Below are positions 36,551 to 45,490 of a stretch of 64,000 nucleotides of DNA, piece by piece (position 1 is the first letter of the stretch; every line of letters begins with the position of its first letter). The notes beneath the pieces are model-generated. The model did no database searches, was not told where the DNA came from, and saw only the letters and a list, made by a program, of their open reading frames with translations. The stretch is from the IMG/VR virus record IMGVR_UViG_3300048502_000015, positions 64,001-128,000 of that record; one strand, 5' to 3'. Source of the stretch: a virus. Lineage: Duplodnaviria; Caudoviricetes. A program made the position numbers and the translations under genes.

Positions 36551-37297
36551 TTAGGAGGGAGCATCAATCTTCATGTAATCGTCACTTGGGATAACGCCAC
36601 CAGGAAACGTCGATGGATCGGTATCTTCTGGATCATCCGGGTCCCACACATACAAATCGACTTCATCGACAAATCCAGGAGTATTCGGCGTGTTCGGCGT
36701 GTTGCTGTAGAATTCGCCCATTACTGGAATTCGATAAGAGGTTTGATACACCAATACGTCTTCTGGCATCCAGGGAGCGATCTGTTGCATTTCTCCAAAT
36801 CCTGCCGGGACATTTTGATTGAGAACTACGTAATGCCACTCGCCATAAAAGGCATCTGAGTTTGAATCATACATTCGATTCCAGAAAGCGGCTCCTCCAG
36901 GGGTGGCATCAAACATCGCAATAACCTCGATAAAGGCGTCGGCTACGGTGTCTCGATCTAGGCTTGATAAACCAAAGATCTCAAATTCAACATCACCTTT
37001 GTACCAACGATGGTAGTATTGAGTAACAGCGGTAACTTCTCCGTCCACAATGGTTGGAAGATACTCAACGTGGCCAACCCCAATATTTGAGATGTCTCGT
37101 TCGTAGAATTTGACGATAACTACAGGAAAATCTTCGATACTATGAGGATAATCTACACTAACAAAGGTAGAGGCCACCGTAGGATCGGGATGACCATTGA
37201 AAGCATCTCTAAGAGATTGGACTACAATACGCTTTAGAAACGTTTTGTAGCTTAGGGTCGCCATTGGGCGGATTGGAATGGCTGGGGTATTAGTCAT
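36551..37297 (-). CDS. Tail terminator/completion protein
   Basis: Lies before the sheath; DYP...FPVVIV...EFEIFGLSSLDRD. Confidence 0.65.
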   Translation of the reverse strand: MTNTPAIPIRPMATLSYKTFLKRIVVQSLRDAFNGHPDPTVASTFVSVDYPHSIEDFPVVIVKFYERDISNIGVGHVEYLPTIVDGEVTAVTQYYHRWYKGDVEFEIFGLSSLDRDTVADAFIEVIAMFDATPGGAAFWNRMYDSNSDAFYGEWHYVVLNQNVPAGFGEMQQIAPWMPEDVLVYQTSYRIPVMGEFYSNTPNTPNTPGFVDEVDLYVWDPDDPEDTDPSTFPGGVIPSDDYMKIDAPS

Positions 37298-37305
37298 CTA
37301 GCGAT

Positions 37306-38064
37306 CTACCTATTGGTTTCTACCCCATATATAGTGGTATCGTTTTCTCGAACACGATTGGCTTCACAGTATTGTCCCACCCAAAGTCGATCTCCTCCTG
37401 CCGGGGGAAGAGAAAACTCTCGAATTCCATATCGGTCGGCCCCTCGCATTGAGATCGGCTGGACTTGCTTTAGCTGAAAACGTTCATAGGTGCCTACCAC
37501 GTTTTCCCAAGGATCAAGCTGACAAACAATCATGAGATCGTTGTCTCCCGCCAATGGATACCATGGAAGTTGTACTCGTGCCTGTTGGGTACGAAATAGG
37601 TTTCCTTGAACGGTTAGCTTCCAAACGTCTTCGGCCACATCTGGGAGAATTGCGTAAACTAGATATCCGGGTCCATATCCCCGATATTTTGGGGCATTGA
37701 CATATCCCATCCCCGGACTCGTTGGTTGATCAACGACTAGGCTTCCCGTAGGGCTAATCCATTCGGTAGGGCTTGTTTCAACGGACGCAAAGCCAACCCC
37801 ATTGGTAATTGCGTCGTTGTAAAATGTTTGTCCATAAACGGGATCTTGGTTAGCCCCATCAATTGCATACCCGTTAGCCACATCTTCGGCATTGTACATG
37901 TGCTTAATGATGACCGGAACGCCCATTCTTCGCATGGTTTCCATTGTTGATCGACGCCGTGAACGAACGTCAAATGGAATCACTGGATCGCCGTAATATC
38001 GGATAGCGTTAACTGGTCCGCTGTCGGGAATGATGGGACCGGCATCGACAGAATACAGAGACAT
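37306..38064 (-). CDS. Neck/head-closure protein
   Basis: Position between the adaptor and the terminator. Confidence 0.55.
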   Translation of the reverse strand: MSLYSVDAGPIIPDSGPVNAIRYYGDPVIPFDVRSRRRSTMETMRRMGVPVIIKHMYNAEDVANGYAIDGANQDPVYGQTFYNDAITNGVGFASVETSPTEWISPTGSLVVDQPTSPGMGYVNAPKYRGYGPGYLVYAILPDVAEDVWKLTVQGNLFRTQQARVQLPWYPLAGDNDLMIVCQLDPWENVVGTYERFQLKQVQPISMRGADRYGIREFSLPPAGGDRLWVGQYCEANRVRENDTTIYGVETNR

Positions 38065-38919
38065 TTAGTAGCCTATTCGACTAATGTTTCGAGTCCCATA
38101 AGAAGTACCAAAAGCCCCTCGGTTTGCTGCCTTAGAAGCCACGAGCAATCTACTATGACCCAACTGAAGAAGCTGGCGCTTGTAGAGTCTAACCATCTGA
38201 ATGTACTCTTGATACTCGGCATCGTAGTATGCTTTCCAAGTCTGGGAATAACGAGTACGATCTTCATAAACTACTTGTGCTCCGGCTGGAACTGGTTGTT
38301 CAATGTATGAACGGATTAGGTGCATGACCGTTCTAACGAGAAGTCCCTTTACGAGAATCGGAAGAATTGGGTTTGGGCTTCCATCTTGGTTTGGGGTAGT
38401 GAAGTCAGCAATAACCGCGTCAGTCGGAGGCATCTGAACATTGAAGTCCAAAATTGCTTCTGGAATAAAGGCCGCGATCTTGGTTTGGTCAAAGTGACCC
38501 CTCGTTTTGTCTCTGAGCCACGGTCCTCCATAAAGGGAGTCGAAACAATCTTCAATTCTTAGCCATACCTGATCCACAACGGTTTGACTTGGACTTTCTC
38601 CAACAATCGCAAATGGATCGGTAACGGTGAAGTTAAGAATGGATGAACGGATCTCTCCGCTAGTCAAAGTAAAGGTTGCGACGGCCTTATATGGACCAAC
38701 TTCCTGGGTATTACCAAATCGAAGAAATCCTTGTCCCAGGTCGTTGATTGATCCGTATTGAGTAGTGCTTGATCCATCTGGAAGTTGGACGGTATAGCTA
38801 ACCGTCACAATATCGTTTGGGTCAACGGGAAGTTCGTTTACTTGGCGAAGTCCAGCACAAAGTTCGGCTGTATCCCCTTGGTTTATTTGGCCAATATAAT
38901 TGCTTACGGCAATAGACAT
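38065..38919 (-). CDS. Head-tail adaptor/neck protein with an N-terminal Ig-like domain
   Basis: First gene of the neck-tail operon; beta-rich N-terminal and helical C-terminal halves. Confidence 0.55.
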   Translation of the reverse strand: MSIAVSNYIGQINQGDTAELCAGLRQVNELPVDPNDIVTVSYTVQLPDGSSTTQYGSINDLGQGFLRFGNTQEVGPYKAVATFTLTSGEIRSSILNFTVTDPFAIVGESPSQTVVDQVWLRIEDCFDSLYGGPWLRDKTRGHFDQTKIAAFIPEAILDFNVQMPPTDAVIADFTTPNQDGSPNPILPILVKGLLVRTVMHLIRSYIEQPVPAGAQVVYEDRTRYSQTWKAYYDAEYQEYIQMVRLYKRQLLQLGHSRLLVASKAANRGAFGTSYGTRNISRIGY

Positions 38920-38920
38920 G

Positions 38921-38954
38921 TCATCTATTACTCGGCGTTTTCGTGTGCTATACT
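38921..38954. promoter_or_regulatory. Divergent promoters: late motif (minus) and extended -10 (plus)
   Basis: Minus: aaC-gccgag-TAAT-agat-GA. Plus: TG-C-TATACT at 38946-38954. Confidence 0.65.
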
Positions 38955-38980
38955 GGTTTTAATTCAACAAAGGAAAATGT

Positions 38981-39463
38981 ATGGCTTATAGAGAAGTTTT
39001 GATTTACGACATTAACGGAGCCTTCTTAGGTTCGGGAATTAAGAGGGACGGGGCTATCAAGCTTCAGACACAGAACATCTGGACCGAAGACGAGGGAGAA
39101 GCTTTGGAGAAGCAATTGGCTCTTCTAAACGAGAATCAGGCTGTCAAGGGTGCTTGGCCGGATGCCAGAGATCCCGACGTTGTGACTCTTCTAAACAACC
39201 CAAATTTCATGCCGATTGAAACGGGACCGATGGAAGTTGTTGACGAGGATGCAAGCTATCTGGTCTTTAAGCAAGTTCCTGCCGTTGATGAGTTCGGCGT
39301 AGAACTGGTTCCTGAGCAACTTGTTGATGGCGAAGACTACGATAAGGATGCTTCGGTTATTGTTCACAAGACGATTATCGCTCCACTTCGTCAGTCCGAT
39401 GTCGGTCAACGGGTAAATGCGGCTTGCGAACAGATTGCTAAGCAACGGTCAGGTGTGGTATAA
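38981..39463 (+). CDS. Hypothetical protein
   Basis: 160 aa; AAGGA RBS. Confidence 0.7.
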   Translation: MAYREVLIYDINGAFLGSGIKRDGAIKLQTQNIWTEDEGEALEKQLALLNENQAVKGAWPDARDPDVVTLLNNPNFMPIETGPMEVVDEDASYLVFKQVPAVDEFGVELVPEQLVDGEDYDKDASVIVHKTIIAPLRQSDVGQRVNAACEQIAKQRSGVV

Positions 39464-39470
39464 TACATCT

Positions 39471-40220
39471 GTGATTTCCACAACTGATAAGCCCTGTCTA
39501 GTCATTCCTGATGTGCATGGGCATCATGATCGCCTGAATTCCCTGCTTCTTCAAGAAGGAATTATCGACGCTAAAGACAAGCGGATTAACCACGATGTAG
39601 AGGTTATTCAGCTTGGCGATCTTGGTCATTTCGGTGCCGACCACAACACCGGAGATCGCCTCAACTACATGGCGGTTAATCTAGACAACTGGATTGATCA
39701 CGTTCTTTGGGGAAATCACGACTATGCCGTGATGGATTCGCGTAGCCTGTTTGGAGGATATTGTCGTCCAGAGGATATGCTTATAAAGACGATGAATGAT
39801 CTTATTGACCGCGAAGTTATCAAGTACGCATTTGCGGCTCATGGATTCCTAATGACTCATGCCGGTCTTCATGCTAAATTCAAACATCAGAATGTGGCCG
39901 ACGATATCAAGGAAGATCCGGTAAAGTTTGCCGAATGGATCAACAAGGAACAGGACGATGAAAATTGGCTTGCCACTGTGATTGCCGTTGGATCATCTCG
40001 TGGTGGTCGTAGTCCTGCCGGAGGAATCCTTTGGCGAGATGCTAACGAAAGTCTTTATGACGGATTTCGTCAAGTCTTTGGTCATACATCAAAGGATAAG
40101 GTTAGAAAGTACCAAACCCCAAACGGGTATTCCTACTGTATTGATACCGGAAACCAGTTTAACGGAGAACTTAAGGGAATCTGGCTTCCAGAAGAAAGGA
40201 TTGTAGGCGTTAAGATATGA
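39471..40220 (+). CDS. Calcineurin-like metallophosphoesterase
   Basis: DVHG, GDL, GNHD, THAG and QVFGHT motifs; leaderless GTG 6 nt after TG-G-TATAAT. Confidence 0.9.
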   Translation: MISTTDKPCLVIPDVHGHHDRLNSLLLQEGIIDAKDKRINHDVEVIQLGDLGHFGADHNTGDRLNYMAVNLDNWIDHVLWGNHDYAVMDSRSLFGGYCRPEDMLIKTMNDLIDREVIKYAFAAHGFLMTHAGLHAKFKHQNVADDIKEDPVKFAEWINKEQDDENWLATVIAVGSSRGGRSPAGGILWRDANESLYDGFRQVFGHTSKDKVRKYQTPNGYSYCIDTGNQFNGELKGIWLPEERIVGVKI

Positions 40221-40348
40221 GTTATTCAGAACGACAAGGCGATCTATTTGCTGCCACGGATCTCGACGGAATTGCTCACGGAGTAAATTGCCATGGACAA
40301 ATGGGCGCAGGAATTGCCAAAATCATTCGAGAGAAATATCCCGAATGA
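40217..40348 (+). pseudogene. Truncated macrodomain (Poa1p/DarG-like) remnant, 43 aa
   Basis: MSYSERQGDLFAATDLDGIAHGVNCHGQMGAGIAKIIREKYPE* is a macrodomain N-terminus only. Confidence 0.75.
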
Positions 40349-41022
40349 AGGTAGTGGCGACAGCAGACACTCACGGAGAGCTTCCTTGGATTCAGGAATG
40401 CGATCTAGCCATTTTTGCTGGGGATGTTTGCCCTATCAACGATCATGATGTGTTCTACCAATACAGATGGCTTAAAGACACTTGGATTCCTTATCTAAGA
40501 AAACTTCCGGCCAAGGATGTTGTTTGGATCTTTGGCAACCACGACTTTATTGGGGACAATATGAGGGTAGAAGAGCCAAAGATCTTTCAAGATCTTAGTT
40601 TTCTCTGGGATCAGGAAAAGGATTCCCATATCCACTTTCTCAACAATACGTCAGTAACCATCGACGGTTTTCACATCTTTGGTTATCCCTACGTCGGAGG
40701 ACTTTCTGGATGGGCATTCAACCGTGAACCAGAAGAATTGGAAGAAATGGCTTCGTTGATCCCTCCTTGTGATATACTTGTGACTCATGCTCCACCATTT
40801 GGATCAGGAGACAAAGCACAATACAAATATCACGTCGGAGATCGCTATCTTGCCGAAAATCTAGAACGGATATCCCCAAAGGTTGTTATCTGCGGGCATA
40901 TTCATGAAGCATACGGAGTTTACAAGAGCGCTTATGTCGAGCACGGAATTCATTCTGTGTCATATCTAAACGAACGTTATGAACATAAATTGCATCGGCA
41001 CCCAACTTTGATCAACCTATAA
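40345..41022 (+). CDS. Metallophosphoesterase (MPPED/Icc-like)
   Basis: ADTHG, AGDV, GNHD, THAPP and CGHIHE motifs; ATG 40345. Confidence 0.9.
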   Translation: MKVVATADTHGELPWIQECDLAIFAGDVCPINDHDVFYQYRWLKDTWIPYLRKLPAKDVVWIFGNHDFIGDNMRVEEPKIFQDLSFLWDQEKDSHIHFLNNTSVTIDGFHIFGYPYVGGLSGWAFNREPEELEEMASLIPPCDILVTHAPPFGSGDKAQYKYHVGDRYLAENLERISPKVVICGHIHEAYGVYKSAYVEHGIHSVSYLNERYEHKLHRHPTLINL

Positions 41023-41210
41023 TGGCCACCCTAATCTATATCCATAGTTTCTCTTTTGACAAATATTTTCTCCATCTGATATTTGATGGAGCAGCGGACG
41101 CAGGCGGCTGGTACAGCTATCAGTTCTGCCGCCATCGTTGGCACAGAGTTGCCGTGGCAGTCGGGTTCGCCTTGATTACCACACTCGGTCTTGTTATGAT
41201 TGTTGGATAA
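41022..41210 (+). CDS. Small membrane protein
   Basis: C-terminal hydrophobic helix; TAATG coupling to the upstream gene. Confidence 0.5.
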   Translation: MATLIYIHSFSFDKYFLHLIFDGAADAGGWYSYQFCRHRWHRVAVAVGFALITTLGLVMIVG

Positions 41211-41236
41211 GTAAAGGAACAAACAAAGGACAGTTA

Positions 41237-41683
41237 ATGAATGATGATTACGCAGGTATCGGCGGAATTCTAGCCGGATTCGTAGCATTTCTTGTAGGAC
41301 TTGCTCTAACCATTGTTTTGGTTTTCGGAGTGATTGCATTTGCCAATAACTTTGGTCGAACTCAATCAAGAGATAACGCTGGTAACCAAGTCAAGATCAC
41401 GCATATCCTAATCAATCGGGCTGCACAGCAAGCCAGGATTAATTATGCGCAGATTGCAGCTACAAAGGCTGAAGCTGATAAGCGCGTTGTTGAAGCTCGC
41501 GGTATCGCAGAGGCCCAGCACATTATCGCTGGGAGTCTCACGCCCGCCTACCTTCAGTACGAGGCGATTCAGTCACAGCAAGCAATTGCCACATCAGGGC
41601 AAAATAACACCGTTATTTATGTCCCATCTGGAGTCGATGGAGTACCCGTACAACAGGTACAACAGGTTCCTACAGGTAAGTAG
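41237..41683 (+). CDS. Membrane-anchored prohibitin/SPFH coiled-coil-like protein
   Basis: N-terminal TM segment; AEADKRVVEARGIAEAQHIIAGSLTPAYLQYEAI...VIYVP; AAGGA RBS. Confidence 0.65.
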   Translation: MNDDYAGIGGILAGFVAFLVGLALTIVLVFGVIAFANNFGRTQSRDNAGNQVKITHILINRAAQQARINYAQIAATKAEADKRVVEARGIAEAQHIIAGSLTPAYLQYEAIQSQQAIATSGQNNTVIYVPSGVDGVPVQQVQQVPTGK

Positions 41684-41684
41684 A

Positions 41685-41718
41685 CAAAAGAAACCCGGTC
41701 AAAAGCCGGGTTTCTTTG
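41685..41718. terminator. Bidirectional intrinsic terminator
   Basis: AAAGAAACCCGG-tcaaaag-CCGGGTTTCTTT between convergent genes. Confidence 0.85.
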
Positions 41719-41738
41719 CTACTCTAGCGAATGACCAG

Positions 41739-42194
41739 TTATAGAGAAGCTTCTACTTCCTTGACGATTTCTTCAACGTCAGCTTCAAGATCCTTCTCGA
41801 CTACGGCAACTACCTTCTCGACTACCTCTTCAACTTCTTTCTCAACGTCAGTCTCTACGTCCTTGACAGGAGTTTCAACTACGCCTTCAACGTCCTTGAG
41901 GGCAGCTTCAGCGTCAGCTTCGACCTGAGAAATCAGAGATTCCTTAGGGGCTACAGGACCCGGAGCAACCGGCTGGTCCCCAATGGCCGCGACAACTGGC
42001 GGTCGAAGACTCTCCTGGTTATCAGGGTGAACAAGCGGAGTGCCTGCCGTGCGTGCATGAATAGCGGCAATGTTAGCCTTATCGGTTAGCTCCTTGTACT
42101 CAGCGACAATCTTAGCTACCGCTGTTGCTTCGTCTACCTTTGCTTCAGCATAAGCCTTTTCTGCCTCTGCTTTAAATTCATCCCATTCAGACAT
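41739..42194 (-). CDS. Acidic Glu/Val-rich hypothetical protein
   Basis: 151 aa; AAGGA RBS; VE-rich C-terminus. Confidence 0.7.
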   Translation of the reverse strand: MSEWDEFKAEAEKAYAEAKVDEATAVAKIVAEYKELTDKANIAAIHARTAGTPLVHPDNQESLRPPVVAAIGDQPVAPGPVAPKESLISQVEADAEAALKDVEGVVETPVKDVETDVEKEVEEVVEKVVAVVEKDLEADVEEIVKEVEASL

Positions 42195-42228
42195 ATTCTT
42201 GTTCCTTGTTAAATTTGGTTATCAATCT

Positions 42229-42669
42229 TTATTTGACGGTTGTTGCAGAAAATCTGTGTTCGTGGTTCTCTTTGTTCTTCGTTCTAGCTCCACGGCCACG
42301 GAATTTAACCCCATTTTCTTCCAATACGATCACATCGTACTCGGGATAAGGGTATTCCCGATCTATAAGGTAAGAAACCACGGCAATCGGTGTTTGCTCG
42401 TACCTTTTTCTTTGCTTCTTTTGTTCTTTAACGATATCCGAAAGGTTCTTACCCTTCTTGTCAGTGGATAACACAATACTGGCATCATATTCTCGCCATT
42501 TACGATCATCGAAAGGTATGGGCAAATTTGTTGGTTGGTGCAAACCCTTCTGGAATCGGGAATACTTCAACCAGCGAAAACCAAACTCAGTCGATAGACG
42601 AAAGAAGATGCGGTCGTAAAGGGGTAAGCCCTTCAATATCCACGGACGGCTATGAATAACTTTGCTCAT
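42229..42669 (-). CDS. Hypothetical protein
   Basis: 146 aa; coupled to the upstream ORF. Confidence 0.55.
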   Translation of the reverse strand: MSKVIHSRPWILKGLPLYDRIFFRLSTEFGFRWLKYSRFQKGLHQPTNLPIPFDDRKWREYDASIVLSTDKKGKNLSDIVKEQKKQRKRYEQTPIAVVSYLIDREYPYPEYDVIVLEENGVKFRGRGARTKNKENHEHRFSATTVK

Positions 42670-43475
42670 TATGGCCTCGTGGTTGATCTCGTTGTCTTAT
42701 TGTTCTTTGAACGTGATTCAATAGGGATACCAATTGGTGGTGTTCCCTTAATTATTTCCTTGATTCTCTTCTGGAGTTGTCGTTGTTCTCGATAGCTAAG
42801 CGTAACTCCACGAGGGACCTTGATGGTAATCTCCTTCAACGGCTTACGTAAAGTCTCAAGCTCCTTCAGGAATTCTTTACTTGAAGTCGTTCGAGGACTA
42901 CTGAGATACTTGACTGCTAAATCAGTATTAACATACTCTTTGATTGGTAGCCGCTCCCTATTCCAAATCTTATCTGATTCTGCTTGTGCCCCTCGTTGTG
43001 CTATCACCAAATCGGATAGGACTGGACCAGGAGTGATTGGTTCCAAAGAACCACTTTTGCCGCTAACATAAGTAACTTTAGGAGGAGGTCCCGGTGTCTG
43101 GGAGAATTCAAACCCCTTAGGAGGATAAGTTGAAGAAGGATAGCCCAAAACTTCTTCTCCTCTTGCGATTTCCATCTGTTTCTTTGTTTCGGCTTGCTTT
43201 TCCTTTTCTTGTTCTAGAATTTCATCCGAAGGGCCGGTTCGTATAACCTCAAGATGGCCTTTTTTGGTGGCGACTATCTCGTAGCGATCCTCTCCGAGAG
43301 AAAAGGTAACGGAATCCTGAACCTTCGTGGTTATTGTCTCCAATTCGTATCCAGAACGAGGTTCTTTAGAAACAAAATCAAAAAGCCCCTCTGCCTCATA
43401 GGATGCCGAATTTATAGACTTACGTGAGAATTCTTCAATTCCCCTTTTTTCATCATCAACTTTCTTGTTATCCAT
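42669..43475 (-). CDS. Hypothetical protein
   Basis: 268-aa ORF in the minus-strand cluster. Confidence 0.65.
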   Translation of the reverse strand: MDNKKVDDEKRGIEEFSRKSINSASYEAEGLFDFVSKEPRSGYELETITTKVQDSVTFSLGEDRYEIVATKKGHLEVIRTGPSDEILEQEKEKQAETKKQMEIARGEEVLGYPSSTYPPKGFEFSQTPGPPPKVTYVSGKSGSLEPITPGPVLSDLVIAQRGAQAESDKIWNRERLPIKEYVNTDLAVKYLSSPRTTSSKEFLKELETLRKPLKEITIKVPRGVTLSYREQRQLQKRIKEIIKGTPPIGIPIESRSKNNKTTRSTTRP

Positions 43476-43477
43476 GA

Positions 43478-44335
43478 TTAACTCTTTTGAGTAGGATTAA
43501 CGACTACAGAAAGTCCTCCAATGCCAGCTTCAATTCCTCCTGCGCCTCTACGTCGGGCGATATCGTCGGTAATCTTAGCTCGTGCATTCGGATCATTCGG
43601 ATTAAATCCATCCGAGATGATTGCCGGATTTCCCCCGGTCGGAACAAACCCCGAAACCGTTCGAGAAAGTCCTCCGTCAGCCCGTGCGACCTGCTTATCG
43701 CTGTATTGACCCTGAAGAACTCCTGGATCAAGGGTAGCTACGGTAACACCTTGACTATTGAACTCGGCTTCAACTTTGATCGATCCCGGACTATACTTTT
43801 CGCCCTTTTCGTTCCGAAGAATATCGAATGGTGTATGGACTCGGTTTTCGACATTGTTAACCTGATTCTCAATGATCTTATTAGCCACGCTAGCCGAAAT
43901 GACCTCGATGATTCCGGTACTAAGGTTTCGCTTGAGAATCGGATCTTCCAAATCTTCCTTAGTTAGGGGATGAAGATCTCCTGGCTTACCACGAGGCTTC
44001 AATTCGATTCGACGCTTCTCTGTCTGTCGATCTAGACGAAGAGAGAACGGAGCCGGATAAAGATTGCGGACATACCACGGTCCCTTCTTATCGATTGCTT
44101 CAAGTTCCTTTGCAGCAGCCTTCTGTGCCTTCTCAATATCGGCACGACGCTGTTCCTCTTCCTTGATCCAAAGTTCAACGTCAGCGGAAATCTCTGAAGG
44201 AATAGGGAGTCCTGCGCTCTTGAGAGCCGCATAAGCTTGATACTTCGCCTGACGCTGATCGTCAGTAAGTTCAATTATTGCTTCTGGCTCCGGTTTTGGA
44301 GCACGGGTACGAGGGGTTGTCTTGGTGGTTGCCAT
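43478..44335 (-). CDS. Hypothetical protein, probably late or virion-associated
   Basis: 285 aa; AAGGA RBS; variant late motif TAAA-aggt-GA upstream at 44397-44388. Confidence 0.7.
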   Translation of the reverse strand: MATTKTTPRTRAPKPEPEAIIELTDDQRQAKYQAYAALKSAGLPIPSEISADVELWIKEEEQRRADIEKAQKAAAKELEAIDKKGPWYVRNLYPAPFSLRLDRQTEKRRIELKPRGKPGDLHPLTKEDLEDPILKRNLSTGIIEVISASVANKIIENQVNNVENRVHTPFDILRNEKGEKYSPGSIKVEAEFNSQGVTVATLDPGVLQGQYSDKQVARADGGLSRTVSGFVPTGGNPAIISDGFNPNDPNARAKITDDIARRRGAGGIEAGIGGLSVVVNPTQKS

Positions 44336-44424
44336 TTGGCGATCCTTTGGTCTATATGTTTACTAATCTGAACGACGAACTACTTACTCACCTTTTATAT
44401 GGCCAACGCATTCAATTTTGATGC

Positions 44425-44444
44425 ATCCCGGAGGTAACAGGTGA
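44425..44444 (+). promoter_or_regulatory. Putative late promoter for the lysis cassette
   Basis: atC-ccggagg-TAAC-aggt-GA. Confidence 0.5.
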
Positions 44445-44462
44445 AAACTACCAGGAGAATAA

Positions 44463-44582
44463 ATGCTTTTATTCCTAATCTTAATCATCCTACTCTTCAT
44501 TGTTCTAGGAGTCACCGTTAGCCACTTTCTTTGGATCGTGGTTGTCGTTATCATCATTCTACTTCTATTCAGAGCGTTGTAA
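44463..44582 (+). CDS. 39-aa highly hydrophobic protein (holin candidate)
   Basis: MLLFLILIILLFIVLGVTVSHFLWIVVVVIIILLLFRAL; AGGAG RBS; TAATG coupling to the peptidase. Confidence 0.6.
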   Translation: MLLFLILIILLFIVLGVTVSHFLWIVVVVIIILLLFRAL

Positions 44583-45388
44583 TGACCCAACCTATCTACT
44601 CTTTAGGAAAGAAGAAGGCTAGATTTGTAGAGTCGGATAAATTCTTTGCTACATATCGGAACCCAACTTCCGCTGGAACCTTGGATATCCCATCCGTCTT
44701 TGGTCATGGAAATACTTTCACTGACTGGGGAATGAACGGAAATGACCTTTGGGGAGATTGTGTTTGGGCCGGTGGAGGACACGAAACCGAACTAATCAAC
44801 AATCTTGCCGATGGCGGAAAGGTTGGTGTAGAACCGATTGTAATTACAGCCGACAACTCTTTGTCGGATTATGCTGCTTCAACCGGATTCAACATCAACG
44901 CCGGTCCTTCAGGAAACAACCCAACCGATCAAGGAACCGATGTTCACGACGCCCTTAACTATCGTCAGACCACGGGGCTTGTAGACTCTGTTGGAAATCG
45001 TCATAAGATTGCAGCTTATGTTGCTCTAGAAGTTGGAAACTATCAGCATCTTCTTGAGGCTGCTTGGATTTTCGACTTTGTTGGGATCGGAATCAACTTC
45101 CCAGAATCAGCTATGACCCAGTTCAACAACGGTCAACCATGGTCGGTTGTCCCTGGAGCTACAATCTCGGGCGGGCATTATATCCCGATTGTTGGCGTTC
45201 CTACTCCGGGAATGTTGGCTATTGTGACATGGGGAAAGAGACAACTCATGACCGAAGGTTTCTTCAAGAAGTACTGCGACGAGGCTTACGCCATGATCAC
45301 TTTGGATAGCCTTAATAGCAAGACTAATGAGAACTATGGTGGATTCAACTGGACACAACTTCAGGCGGATCTCAAGATTGTAAGCTAA
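44582..45388 (+). CDS. Papain-like cysteine peptidase (endolysin candidate)
   Basis: GND.WGDCVWA (catalytic Cys), GGHYIPIVG (His) and VTWG motifs. Confidence 0.65.
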   Translation: MTQPIYSLGKKKARFVESDKFFATYRNPTSAGTLDIPSVFGHGNTFTDWGMNGNDLWGDCVWAGGGHETELINNLADGGKVGVEPIVITADNSLSDYAASTGFNINAGPSGNNPTDQGTDVHDALNYRQTTGLVDSVGNRHKIAAYVALEVGNYQHLLEAAWIFDFVGIGINFPESAMTQFNNGQPWSVVPGATISGGHYIPIVGVPTPGMLAIVTWGKRQLMTEGFFKKYCDEAYAMITLDSLNSKTNENYGGFNWTQLQADLKIVS

Positions 45389-45392
45389 CATC

Positions 45393-45490
45393 TGCTATAC
45401 TTCCCTTAGATAAGTAATAACAGAGGACCGTCCCTAAAAAGATGGTCCTTTTTGTTTTATAAAACGACAATAAGGACGGATGATTTTATT
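45393..45490 (+). promoter_or_regulatory. Promoter(s) and a structured leader with mutually exclusive hairpins
   Basis: TG-C-TATACT at 45393-45401; GTAAT-aaca-GA at 45414-45424; hairpin 45424-45449 with a T-tract; alternative stem GTCCTT/AAGGAC. Confidence 0.55.

Noticed and set aside
41731-41928. Ser/Thr-rich plus-strand ORF
   Set aside because: It is the reverse complement of the Glu/Val-rich real gene at 41739..42194.
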